Assembly (NCBI GenBank): GCA_944363855.1
Contig: CALVVM010000056.1
Coordinates: forward strand, 1-53,478
DNA from: an uncultured Bacilli bacterium
GTDB lineage: Bacteria; Bacillota_I; Bacilli_A; RF39; UBA660
Direction: 5' to 3'
DNA length: 53,478 nucleotides
Shown here: piece after piece, positions 20,029-29,251 of the stretch
How the letters are laid out: every line of letters begins with the position of its first letter
How positions within the stretch are numbered: the first letter of the stretch is position 1
Program-made: the position numbers and the translations under genes
Notes under the pieces: model-generated
What the model saw: only the letters and a program-made list of their open reading frames with translations
The model's database searches: none
What the model was told of the DNA's origin: nothing

Positions 20029-21033
20029 TTACTCAAAATAATCTAATTTCATATTTTTACGTACTCTTCTCATCACTTCTTCTGCTTTTTTCTTAGTAGC
20101 TAGAGTACCTTCTTTTAAGATTCTTTCTACTTCTTCCGGTCTATCTTCGTAGTATTTTCTTCTTTCTTGCATTGGTTTTAAAAACTCAGTGATTTGTCTT
20201 GCAAGTTCTTTCTTACAATATACACAGCCTCTTTCACCATTTTTACACTCACTACATACTTTAGATATTTCTGGATTCTTAATAAGTTTGTGATAATAAT
20301 AAACCATACATACTTCTGGATTTGCAGGATCATCTTTTCTCATTTTATTTGGATCTGTAACCGCACTCATAACTTTTTTAGTAACTGTTTCTTCATCATC
20401 AGAAAGATAAATACAGTTATTAAGTGATTTACTCATCTTTTCATTACCATCTAATCCTTTTATTCTAGGCGTAGAACTAAGTACTGGTTCAGGAACATTA
20501 AATGTTTCTCCATATATATTGTTAAACTTTCTTACTATTTCTCTAGTTTGTTCTATGTGAGGTAATTGATCTTCTCCAACAGGAATTATATTTCCATTAA
20601 CACATGCAATATCAGCTGCTTGACTTACTGGATATCCTAAAAAACCATAAGTAATACCTTCACCATTGTTACCAAATAGTTCTTGTTTTTGTATCACTTC
20701 ATGTTTAGTTGTTGGATTTCTATAAAGTCTTGGAACTGATACTAAATTAGAAAAATATACTGTAAGTTCAGCTACTTCAGGTATTAAAGATTGTATATAA
20801 ATATGACTTTGTTTTGGCTCTATTCCTGCAGCTAGATAGTCTAGCGCTAATTCATGTACATTTTCTCTAACTTTTTCTGGATTATTAAAATTATCTGTTA
20901 AAGCTTGAACATCAGCAATAAGTATATAAGTGTTATAATCATATTGCATCTTTACTCTATTTTCTAATGAACCAAAGTAATGACCTAGGTGTAATTTACC
21001 AGTTGGTCTATCTCCTGTTAATATTGTTTTCAT
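20029..21033 (-). CDS. trpS: Tryptophan--tRNA ligase
   Basis: Class I motifs LHLGHY and KMSKS; size about 334 aa; the ATG of MKTILTG is preceded by AAGGAGG. Confidence 0.88.
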   Translation of the reverse strand: MKTILTGDRPTGKLHLGHYFGSLENRVKMQYDYNTYILIADVQALTDNFNNPEKVRENVHELALDYLAAGIEPKQSHIYIQSLIPEVAELTVYFSNLVSVPRLYRNPTTKHEVIQKQELFGNNGEGITYGFLGYPVSQAADIACVNGNIIPVGEDQLPHIEQTREIVRKFNNIYGETFNVPEPVLSSTPRIKGLDGNEKMSKSLNNCIYLSDDEETVTKKVMSAVTDPNKMRKDDPANPEVCMVYYYHKLIKNPEISKVCSECKNGERGCVYCKKELARQITEFLKPMQERRKYYEDRPEEVERILKEGTLATKKKAEEVMRRVRKNMKLDYFE

Positions 21034-21095
21034 AAGGGCCTCCTTAAATACTAAATACATTATACCAAAAAAACATATTATTTTAAATATGTTTT

Positions 21096-22292
21096 TTAAT
21101 ATATATGATATTTTATAGTATCATTGAACTCTAATTCACTATTTTCTAATATTGTTTTTAATCCTACTTCATCACTATAATAATATAATTTTGTCTTATA
21201 TACATAATATAAATAATCATCTTTAAAATATATATTAGTAGTTGGTACATCTAATAAGTATTTATGAGTTTCTATATTATTCTTATCTACTCTATATAGT
21301 TTATAAGATATTCCATCTTTTTTAAATAAATAGTAGTAATTATCTTTTTCTTCTACATAATCATAAGTAGAAAAATTATTATCTAATGTTTCATAATCAA
21401 AATATACTTCTTTATTAGCTTTAGTTTTATTTAGTTTTTCCCATTTTTTATTAATATAATACTTTACATAATCATTACTTGAAACTATTTTTATTTCACT
21501 ATTTTCTATATCTATTTCATATTGATTTTCATTATCTTTATCATATAAATATATTTTATTATCTACTATACCTTGTATATATGAGTCATATGATATATCA
21601 TTTTTACTTTCTAAAGTAGTTATTTTTTTAGTCTCTAAATTAACTATATAAAAGTTATTAAATGAATATGTTTTTTCATAATCAGCAATTATATAATAAT
21701 TATTTATAAAAGTACTTAGTTTATTATTATAAATATCTTTTTCAAATATGTTTATTTTTTTGTCATTTATAATTAAACCTTTATAGGTTGTTATAGCTGA
21801 ATTATGTTTTATATTGTCATAAATATTATATTTTACTGTATCTATATTCTTAGTATCTTTTGATTCATTATTAAATTTTTTTATATTATATTTTTCTATG
21901 GATGATACATATTTATCTAATGAAGTATTTTCTCCTTCAATAGTATAATAATTATAAAGTATATCTTCTTTTATACACAACATATCAGTATATAATTTAT
22001 TATTTATAACCGGTAATACACACTCTATATTTTTATCTTTGTAATAGTAAATATCTTTTACTACTTTTCTTTTGTTATCTAAATGATTATATATTCTAAC
22101 AGGATAAATATTTTTATTAGTTTTTATCTCAATATAATAGTTATCTTCATTTACTATTTCTTTTACTTTTATCTTATTTCCGTTTATATTTAATTTATAG
22201 TTAATATTGTCGAATGTTAAAATACTTCTACAGATTAAAATTAAAACTATTACTACTAGAATTAAAATATATACTTTAGTCTTCTTTTTCAT
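21096..22292 (-). CDS. Hypothetical membrane-anchored, Tyr/Asn-rich beta-repeat (propeller-like) protein
   Basis: N-terminal TM VYILILVVIVLILI; recurring ..YY..K....LY.. strands (YYYLFKKDGISYKLYRVDKNN) resemble DUF5050-type repeats. Confidence 0.5.
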   Translation of the reverse strand: MKKKTKVYILILVVIVLILICRSILTFDNINYKLNINGNKIKVKEIVNEDNYYIEIKTNKNIYPVRIYNHLDNKRKVVKDIYYYKDKNIECVLPVINNKLYTDMLCIKEDILYNYYTIEGENTSLDKYVSSIEKYNIKKFNNESKDTKNIDTVKYNIYDNIKHNSAITTYKGLIINDKKINIFEKDIYNNKLSTFINNYYIIADYEKTYSFNNFYIVNLETKKITTLESKNDISYDSYIQGIVDNKIYLYDKDNENQYEIDIENSEIKIVSSNDYVKYYINKKWEKLNKTKANKEVYFDYETLDNNFSTYDYVEEKDNYYYLFKKDGISYKLYRVDKNNIETHKYLLDVPTTNIYFKDDYLYYVYKTKLYYYSDEVGLKTILENSELEFNDTIKYHIY

Positions 22293-22319
22293 AATACACC
22301 ATACAACAAAAGATAGAAA

Positions 22320-22754
22320 TTATCTATCTTCCCCTTTTGTATATTTTTGTTTTTCTGACATCATATATTCTGTTATTTCAGTTTCTATATCATCCATAGC
22401 ACCTTTAGAAATATTAGATAACATAACAGTTTCTTTAACTGTATCTATATATAATTTTCCCCAAATAATACCTGATGAAACTGTTAAATCGTTAAACATA
22501 TCTGGAGTGATAGCTAAATATGTATATCCCCATAAAACTCTTTTTTGAGCAAGTAATATTCTTTTATTAGTTAAAACTACTACAAATGTAGAAAATATAT
22601 CCATAGAAGAAATTCCTTTTTGTGCTGGAAAAGCAAATTTAACTTCTTCTCCTGGATTTAAATATTTTTCTACTACTTTTGAGTGTGCTTTTAATCTCCA
22701 AGCTACTGTAGCAGGATATTTAGCTTTAAATTCTTTTAATTTTTTATATACCAT
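22320..22754 (-). CDS. Hypothetical protein, bacterial PH-domain-like
   Basis: VVVLTNKRILLAQKR...ITPDMFNDLTV..G.IWGKLYID pattern resembles bPH domains; the ATG is preceded by GAGGTG. Confidence 0.45.
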   Translation of the reverse strand: MVYKKLKEFKAKYPATVAWRLKAHSKVVEKYLNPGEEVKFAFPAQKGISSMDIFSTFVVVLTNKRILLAQKRVLWGYTYLAITPDMFNDLTVSSGIIWGKLYIDTVKETVMLSNISKGAMDDIETEITEYMMSEKQKYTKGEDR

Positions 22755-22766
22755 GTATATCACCTC

Positions 22767-23885
22767 TTACTTTATTATACCATTTTCCGTAAATATATCA
22801 ACAAAATATTGTTCACTTGCAAAACCAATAACATAATTTAATAGTTTATTATTTTCAACTACTAATACCATTGGTGTTGTAAAACCATCATTATAATTTA
22901 ATTCAATCAATTTTTCTTCAACTTGCAAAGATATATCAGAATCTAATTTTCCTACATTGATATAATTTATTTTTATATCGTAGTTAATAGCAATATCATT
23001 TAGAGTGGTTGTTACTGAATCACAGTATTTACACTCATCTTTACCTATTACTATTATATTCTTTTCATTATTATTCAATAAGTTATTAAACTCATTTAAG
23101 TTGATAAAAGTTATTAAAGAATTTATTTCTTCTACGAATTTGTATTCTTTTAACTTTTCTAAATATTCTTTTTTATTATTTATATCTCTAATACTACCTA
23201 TAATTTTTTTATTTTTTACAAGAATTACTATTTGTTCTTCTACTTTACTTATTTGTAGCAATGTATTAAGTTTGTTGTGCTGAGAAGCACTTAAAAGATA
23301 TGCATCTATTCTTTTATAATTAATTTCATAATCTTCACATATATCTTTTAAAATATTATTTTGGTTTTCTACTTCTTCAATATTTATGTATGGAAGATAT
23401 ATTAATGAATAATCTGTATCTAATAGACTTTTTGTTTCTTCTATAATATTTGTATTGTCACCTATAACTTCAGGTATTATATTATTCTTTTGTAAAAATT
23501 CTTCTAAAGATTTTTCATTTTCATATTCTATTATAGCATCTACTATCTTACCATTTTTATATATTACAATTATATCCGTTAAATACTTGCTATTTATGAT
23601 TTTTTCTAATTTAGTTTCTTCTACATTCGTTAATTTATCACTTTCTATATATAAATAATTAATCTCATATTTTTTAAACAACTCTATAGGATATTCCTTA
23701 TAATTCTCTTTGCTTGAAATATATACCACTTTAATATCTGTTTCTACAAACTTTTTTACATCTTTTATAAGTGAATTATCTTTAGTAAAGAACAAAAGAG
23801 AAAAAAAGATAACTAAAAGTACACTTAATATTATTAATAATACAATATTATTTTTCACTTTAAAATTATCTTTTATCATAATCAT
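22767..23885 (-). CDS. Membrane-anchored protein with three thioredoxin-fold modules (only the last has CxxC)
   Basis: N-terminal TM; the C-terminal module has CKYC and cis-Pro TTPMV; two upstream modules have the same length and pattern but no cysteines. Confidence 0.6.
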   Translation of the reverse strand: MIMIKDNFKVKNNIVLLIILSVLLVIFFSLLFFTKDNSLIKDVKKFVETDIKVVYISSKENYKEYPIELFKKYEINYLYIESDKLTNVEETKLEKIINSKYLTDIIVIYKNGKIVDAIIEYENEKSLEEFLQKNNIIPEVIGDNTNIIEETKSLLDTDYSLIYLPYINIEEVENQNNILKDICEDYEINYKRIDAYLLSASQHNKLNTLLQISKVEEQIVILVKNKKIIGSIRDINNKKEYLEKLKEYKFVEEINSLITFINLNEFNNLLNNNEKNIIVIGKDECKYCDSVTTTLNDIAINYDIKINYINVGKLDSDISLQVEEKLIELNYNDGFTTPMVLVVENNKLLNYVIGFASEQYFVDIFTENGIIK

Positions 23886-23890
23886 CCCTC

Positions 23891-24742
23891 TTACTCAGAA
23901 ATTAATCCAGCTTTTTTAAATTCTCTTACCAATTGAGAATTAGTCCTTTGACCAGATATATAATCTTTAACTTTTCCATTTTCTATTATTAAAGTTAATG
24001 GCGTTCCAAATGAACCATCTTCAACAAAATTTGGTTCATTATATTCTATTTCTTTTAAACTTTCTTCAAAATCATTATATTCATCTTCAGACATTTCAGT
24101 TAAATTTAAGTAGTTGATTGTTAAATCATATTCTCCAGCTACTTTATTTAATGCAGGTTTAATAGCTATACAATGACTACAAGTTGTTTGGCCTATTACA
24201 ACTACGTGAATTCCTTTTTCTTCTACTAAATCTTTATATTCATCCATATCTATAAAAGTTAAGTTTGCTTCTTTTGAATAAACTGCATCTTCTGGTAATA
24301 ATTCATTACTTGCAAAGAAATCTACATAAAGTCTTCCTTCTGTATAACCTTGAGCAACATCTATAACTTTTCCATTTTGAACTATTACGGTTGTTGGAGT
24401 TTTTCCTTCAATCTCTAATTTTTCTATTATTTCTTCTCTTTGTTTTAATCCTAAAGTTGCTGCATCTATTTCAAAATATTCCATACCATAATCTTCAGCT
24501 ATTGTTTCTAATATTGGTTTTTGAAGTTCACAATATGCACAAGCACTACTTGCAAAAAATATTACTTTTCTTTCTTTTGAATTAAATTGTTTATTAAACT
24601 CTTTCATTACCTCATTTGTTTCTTCACTAGTTATAACTCCATTTTCTTTTAATGTATCTACAACTAAAAATCCTATAAGTGCTAAACATATAACAGATAA
24701 AACTACTGTTAAAATTATTGTTTTTTTCTTTTCTTTTGACAT
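23891..24742 (-). CDS. Membrane-anchored double thioredoxin-fold protein
   Basis: N-terminal TM; two modules with CAYC...KTPTTV and CSHC...GTPLTL (CxxC plus cis-Pro). Confidence 0.7.
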   Translation of the reverse strand: MSKEKKKTIILTVVLSVICLALIGFLVVDTLKENGVITSEETNEVMKEFNKQFNSKERKVIFFASSACAYCELQKPILETIAEDYGMEYFEIDAATLGLKQREEIIEKLEIEGKTPTTVIVQNGKVIDVAQGYTEGRLYVDFFASNELLPEDAVYSKEANLTFIDMDEYKDLVEEKGIHVVVIGQTTCSHCIAIKPALNKVAGEYDLTINYLNLTEMSEDEYNDFEESLKEIEYNEPNFVEDGSFGTPLTLIIENGKVKDYISGQRTNSQLVREFKKAGLISE

Positions 24743-24750
24743 ATATATAC

Positions 24751-25383
24751 CTACTTTCTTTTTATCAATTTTTTAGAATTTATCTTTTCATTGTATGGCC
24801 ATGTAATTAAAATATTATCCATAAAATCATTCATATTAAATAATATATCTTTTTTATTCAAAATTCTTAAAGGTTTGCCAAGAGCATATGCAACCCCTAA
24901 ATCAAATATGCTACCTGTACTTGATTTATCATAATAAATATCAACTTCTTCTGAAGAAGCAAGTGCTTCAGCATTTTGTCTACATATCGCATATCCACCA
25001 AATATATCTTTTTGCCTTGTATGAAGATGTGGTGCGTGTATTGTATATCCTGTATTATATTTTTCTTGAACAAAGTTTTCTATCCATATCTTTTGTTCTT
25101 CTGTTGCATTCCTTACAGGACAAATTAGAAATATCTTATTTTCTATAGGATTATTTTCTATTTTTGTAACTCTAACCCCTAATCTTTTGATATTTTCTAC
25201 TCTTTCTTCCATAGCACTTTCTACATTAGAATAATATTCATTAGGAAAATTATCATCGCTTATTTTACTCCATACGTATGACATCATAGAAAACGATTTA
25301 TTTGTTTCTGTTAAATTAAGTTCTTTTTCATTTATTAATTTAATTTTTATACCGTTTGCAAAAAGCATACCCAATATAAACAA
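24751..25383 (-). CDS. Nucleoside 2-deoxyribosyltransferase-like protein; the 5' end appears frameshifted
   Basis: IFLICPVRN...TGSIFDLGVAYALGKPL resembles the NDT/Rcl family G-x-x-(E/D)-L-G...GKP motif. The track start is a TTG without an RBS. See the finding on the A7 tract. Confidence 0.4.
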   Translation of the reverse strand: MFILGMLFANGIKIKLINEKELNLTETNKSFSMMSYVWSKISDDNFPNEYYSNVESAMEERVENIKRLGVRVTKIENNPIENKIFLICPVRNATEEQKIWIENFVQEKYNTGYTIHAPHLHTRQKDIFGGYAICRQNAEALASSEEVDIYYDKSSTGSIFDLGVAYALGKPLRILNKKDILFNMNDFMDNILITWPYNEKINSKKLIKRK

Positions 25384-25509
25384 ACATCTTTTATCAGTTG
25401 GAAGTAGTAATACTTCTGCTTCTTTTGAATAATTTATTTTTTTCTAATTCTTCACTAATATTTAATGAATCATAATTGTTATATTTTAAAACCATAAAAA
25501 CGCCTCATT

Positions 25510-27996
25510 TTATTTACCACAACATTGCTTATATTTCTTACCACTGCCACATGGACAAGGTTCATTTCTTCCTATTTTTTGTACTTTCTTAGGCCCTTTT
25601 GAAACTTTATCTTTTCCATCATTAGCAACTCCTTCAGCTACTTTCTTTCTTTCACTGTTTTGTCTTATTTCGGCTTTTAAAAGATAAGTTGTTGCTTGAG
25701 CATCTATTTTTGAAAGTAATTCATCAAATAGTGCATAACCTTCAGTTTTATACTCTCTTAATGGGTTGTTTTGAGCATAACTTCTTAAGTGAATACCTTC
25801 TCTCAAATGTGCCATTGTATTAATGTGTTCCATCCAATGAGTATCTATAACTCTTAAAGTAATTGCTTTTTCAAATTCATCAGTTACTTCTTTTGGAACT
25901 TTTTTAATCTTTTCTTCATATTCATATATTAATTTTTCACTTAAGTAATCAATTATTTCATCTGAACTCTTATATTCTATTTCATCAAATATAACTTTGT
26001 TTTTTAATAAATCATTTACTGTTTCTAATATTTCTGATTTATCATTTCTATTTAAGTTATCATTTTCATCAAAATGCGAATAAACTACATCTTCTACATA
26101 ATTTTTAAATGTATCTAAAATTACTGGATGTATTGACTCTGTATCTAATATTTGATTTCTCTTTTCATAGATAATACCTCTTTGTTCATTAATAACATCA
26201 TCATACTCAAGTAAGGTTTTTCTTAAATCAAAGTTATTTCCTTCTACTCTTTTTTGAGCAGACTCAATAGAATTAGATAGCATACTATTTCTTATTGAAA
26301 CGTCTTCACTAAATCCTACTCTTTGAAGCATAAGTTTAGCCCTATCAGTACCAAATCTTACCATTAAGTCATCTTCAAATGATACACAGAATTGGCTTGC
26401 TCCTGGATCTCCTTGACGTCCTGAACGACCTCTTAATTGGTTATCAATACGCCTTGATTCGTGTCTTTCAGTACCTATTACAAATAAGCCGCCTAAAGCT
26501 TTTACTTCGTCAGTTAACTTAATGTCAGTACCACGACCAGCCATATTAGTAGCGATTGTTACTGCTCCTTTATCACCAGCATGTGCAATTATTTCAGCTT
26601 CTCTTTCATGATTTTTAGCATTTAATACTTCATGAGGTATTCTCATTTTCTTTAATTTTTCACTTATAAGTTCACTTGTCTCAACAGCTATTGTACCAAC
26701 TAATACTGGTTGTCCTATTGCGTGTCTTTCTTTTATTTCGTTTACTATTGCTTTATATTTACCTTCTTTAGTAGCAAATAATAAATCACCATAATCTTTA
26801 CGAGCTACTGGTCTATTTGTTGGTATAGTTATAACATACATATTATATATATCTCTAAACTCTTCTTCTTCTGTTTTAGCAGTACCTGTCATACCTGCAA
26901 GTTTTTTATACATTCTAAATAAGTTTTGGAATGTGATGGTAGCTAAAGTTTTTGTTTCTTCATTAATTGTTACTCCTTCTTTAGCTTCTATTGCTTGGTG
27001 TAATCCTTCTGAGTAAGCTCTACCTTGCATAAGTCTTCCTGTAAAAGGATCTACTATTACTATTTTTCCATCTTGTACTACATAATCAACATCTAACTTC
27101 ATAGCATAATTAGCTTTTAACGCTTGATTGATGAAGTGTACTAAATTGGTATGGTTTATGTCATATAAGTTATCTACACCAAATGTTTTTTCTGCCTTTA
27201 ATATACCTGTTTGATCTAGTGATACTGCTTTAGTTTTTTCATCATATATATATCCTTCATTTTCTTTTAAACTTTTAACAAATCTATCAGTTTGAATATA
27301 AAGGTTAGCAGACTTCATAAATCCACCAGATATAATTAATGGCGTTCTAGCTTCATCTATCAATACTGAGTCTACTTCATCTATGATAGCAAAATTATAT
27401 GGTCTAGCAACTCTATCACTAGCTTTAACTACCATGTTATCTCTTAGATAGTCAAATCCTATTTCATTATTTGTAGAATATAAGATATCGCAATTATATG
27501 CTTCTCTTTTTTCTTTTGTAGTTAATTCTCTATAGTTTACTCCTACTGTAAGTCCTAGGAATCTATATATCTCTCCCATCCACTCTGCATCACGTCCAGC
27601 AAGATATTCATTAACTGTTATGATGTGTACACCTTTACCTGTAAGTGCATTTAAGTAGGCAGGAAGTGTAGAGGTTAATGTTTTACCTTCACCAGTTTTC
27701 ATTTCAGATATGTTACCATAATGAATAGCAAGACCACCTAATATTTGTACATAATAAGGTTTTTCTCCTATTACACGGAATGCTGCTTCTCTTGCAGTAG
27801 CAAATGCTTCTACTTTGATATCTTCTAATGTTTCTCCATTAGCAAGTCTATCTTGAAACTCTTTAGTTTTAGCTTTTAACTTTTTATCTGATAATTTTGA
27901 GTATTCATCATCTAGAGCAATTACTTCATCAGCTATTTTCTTAAATCTTTCTAATTCTTTATATTCGTGATTAAATAATTTTTTAAATAATTTCAT
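25510..27996 (-). CDS. secA: Preprotein translocase ATPase SecA
   Basis: 828 aa; MKTGEGKT Walker A, DEVDS box, C-terminal zinc motif CPCGSGKKYKQCCG. Confidence 0.98.
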   Translation of the reverse strand: MKLFKKLFNHEYKELERFKKIADEVIALDDEYSKLSDKKLKAKTKEFQDRLANGETLEDIKVEAFATAREAAFRVIGEKPYYVQILGGLAIHYGNISEMKTGEGKTLTSTLPAYLNALTGKGVHIITVNEYLAGRDAEWMGEIYRFLGLTVGVNYRELTTKEKREAYNCDILYSTNNEIGFDYLRDNMVVKASDRVARPYNFAIIDEVDSVLIDEARTPLIISGGFMKSANLYIQTDRFVKSLKENEGYIYDEKTKAVSLDQTGILKAEKTFGVDNLYDINHTNLVHFINQALKANYAMKLDVDYVVQDGKIVIVDPFTGRLMQGRAYSEGLHQAIEAKEGVTINEETKTLATITFQNLFRMYKKLAGMTGTAKTEEEEFRDIYNMYVITIPTNRPVARKDYGDLLFATKEGKYKAIVNEIKERHAIGQPVLVGTIAVETSELISEKLKKMRIPHEVLNAKNHEREAEIIAHAGDKGAVTIATNMAGRGTDIKLTDEVKALGGLFVIGTERHESRRIDNQLRGRSGRQGDPGASQFCVSFEDDLMVRFGTDRAKLMLQRVGFSEDVSIRNSMLSNSIESAQKRVEGNNFDLRKTLLEYDDVINEQRGIIYEKRNQILDTESIHPVILDTFKNYVEDVVYSHFDENDNLNRNDKSEILETVNDLLKNKVIFDEIEYKSSDEIIDYLSEKLIYEYEEKIKKVPKEVTDEFEKAITLRVIDTHWMEHINTMAHLREGIHLRSYAQNNPLREYKTEGYALFDELLSKIDAQATTYLLKAEIRQNSERKKVAEGVANDGKDKVSKGPKKVQKIGRNEPCPCGSGKKYKQCCGK

Positions 27997-28063
27997 TGTC
28001 GATTCTCCTTTTATGTCTATATATCTATTTTATCAAAAAATTACATAAAATAATAGTAAAATT

Positions 28064-28090
28064 GAAAAAAATAGGTTATTAAACCTATTT
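28064..28090 (-). terminator. Rho-independent terminator after hpf
   Basis: AAATAGGTT-ATTA-AACCTATTT hairpin overlapping the hpf stop, followed on the minus strand by TTTTTTC. Confidence 0.75.
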
Positions 28091-28612
28091 TAATTCTAAT
28101 ATACCGTAGTCACCATCTTTTCTTTTATATAAAATGTTAACATCTTGTGTTTCCATATTTCTAAAAGCGAAGAATTCGTGACCTAAAAGTTCCATTTGAA
28201 GGATAGCTTCTTCTTCACTCATAGGCTTGTCTTCTATAACTTTTCTTTTAACGATTACATTATCGTTTTCTTCTTTTTCTTCAAAGTCTAAAACAAAATT
28301 CATTGTTAAATCTCTGCTTACCCTTTTATTCATTCTTGTTTTGTTTTTTCTTATTTGTCTTTCTATTTTATCTGATACTTTATCAATAGCTGCATATAAA
28401 TCTTTATGAGATTCTTCACCTCTTAATATAAATTTATTAGCATTTATTGTTGCTTCTACTACTTGATCATTTCCTCTTAATTTGATAAGAACTGTACTAG
28501 TTATATCATCTGGATTTTCAAAATACTTATCTAACCTCCCAATTTTTTCCTCGATGTAACTTTTAATAGCTGGTGTTACATCTAATTTTTTGCCATGAAT
28601 ATTAAATTTCAT
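28085..28612 (-). CDS. hpf: Ribosome hibernation promoting factor, long form
   Basis: MKFNIHGKKLDVTPAIKSYIEEKIGRLDKYF N-domain plus a C-terminal dimerisation domain; 175 aa. Confidence 0.93.
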   Translation of the reverse strand: MKFNIHGKKLDVTPAIKSYIEEKIGRLDKYFENPDDITSTVLIKLRGNDQVVEATINANKFILRGEESHKDLYAAIDKVSDKIERQIRKNKTRMNKRVSRDLTMNFVLDFEEKEENDNVIVKRKVIEDKPMSEEEAILQMELLGHEFFAFRNMETQDVNILYKRKDGDYGILELK

Positions 28613-28686
28613 ACCATCAATCCTTTCTATTTATATTATAACATGCAAAATATTTAATTGTAAATGAAAAAATAAAATAAAAACTG

Positions 28687-28902
28687 CTAAACAAGTGCAG
28701 TTTTTATTTCAATTACGTTTTTGGCTTGTAATCCCTTATCAGTTCTAACTAAGTCAAATTTAACATATTGACCTTCAACTAAAGTTTTATAACCTTCAGA
28801 AAGAATAGCTGAATAATGAACAAATATATCTTCTTGTTCATTGTATTCAATAAATCCAAAGCCTTTTTCATTATTGAACCACTTTACTTTTCCTGTTATC
28901 AC
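28687..28902 (-). CDS. Cold shock protein (CspA family)
   Basis: [16 protein letters not shown] (RNP1) and DIFVHYS (RNP2); GTG start 9 nt after GGGAG. Confidence 0.93.
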   Translation of the reverse strand: MITGKVKWFNNEKGFGFIEYNEQEDIFVHYSAILSEGYKTLVEGQYVKFDLVRTDKGLQAKNVIEIKTALV

Positions 28903-29057
28903 AAATTACATCTCCCTTCTAGTTTCTCTCGACTATTTAAGTATAGCATACAAAAAATAGTTTTTGCTGATAAATCGTTCTCCAAAATTCGACAAAATTT
29001 GCAAATTATCCAGGATGTTAATCTACCGTTATTTTTATAAGAAAACATATTAATTTT

Positions 29058-29067
29058 AACACATTAT
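29058..29067 (+). repeat. Copy 1 of exact 10-bp repeat AACACATTAT
   Basis: Identical decamer recurs at 29142-29151, 84 bp (4 x 21) downstream, in the csp/agrB intergenic region. Confidence 0.5.
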
Positions 29068-29141
29068 AAAAAGGTATTAAATAATTTTTGCACAAAGTAG
29101 AAGATATTTGGTCTATAATTTAAAAATATGCAAATTAATAA

Positions 29142-29151
29142 AACACATTAT
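29142..29151 (+). repeat. Copy 2 of exact 10-bp repeat AACACATTAT
   Basis: See copy 1; lies immediately upstream of the 21-bp-spaced AAACAT repeats. Confidence 0.5.
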
Positions 29152-29156
29152 CTGAG

Positions 29157-29190
29157 TTCAAACATTTAAATAGCTAATTTAAACATATTT
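29157..29190 (+). promoter_or_regulatory. Candidate LytTR (AgrA-like) binding site: imperfect direct repeats 21 bp apart
   Basis: TTCAAACATTTAAA and ATTTAAACATATTT; the AAACAT cores start at 29160 and 29181 and abut the -35 of the agrB promoter. Confidence 0.45.
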
Positions 29191-29193
29191 TCT

Positions 29194-29221
29194 TTGATTA
29201 CTTTTATTTAAATATTATAAT
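29194..29221 (+). promoter_or_regulatory. Sigma-A type promoter for agrBD
   Basis: TTGATT (29194-29199) - 16 nt - TATAAT (29216-29221), about 30 nt upstream of the agrB ATG. Confidence 0.55.
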
Positions 29222-29251
29222 TAATTTAATGGTAAAAAGGTTGTGTGATTT

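Noticed and set aside
21034-21095. Expected T-box leader upstream of trpS
   Set aside because: Only about 62 nt separate trpS from the upstream gene, and no specifier or T-box sequence is visible.
29129-29170. 13-codon ORF (MQINKTHYLSSNI) downstream of a TATAAT at 29115 in the csp/agrB intergenic region
   Set aside because: It has no Shine-Dalgarno, and the upstream -35 spacing is poor. It is likely chance.
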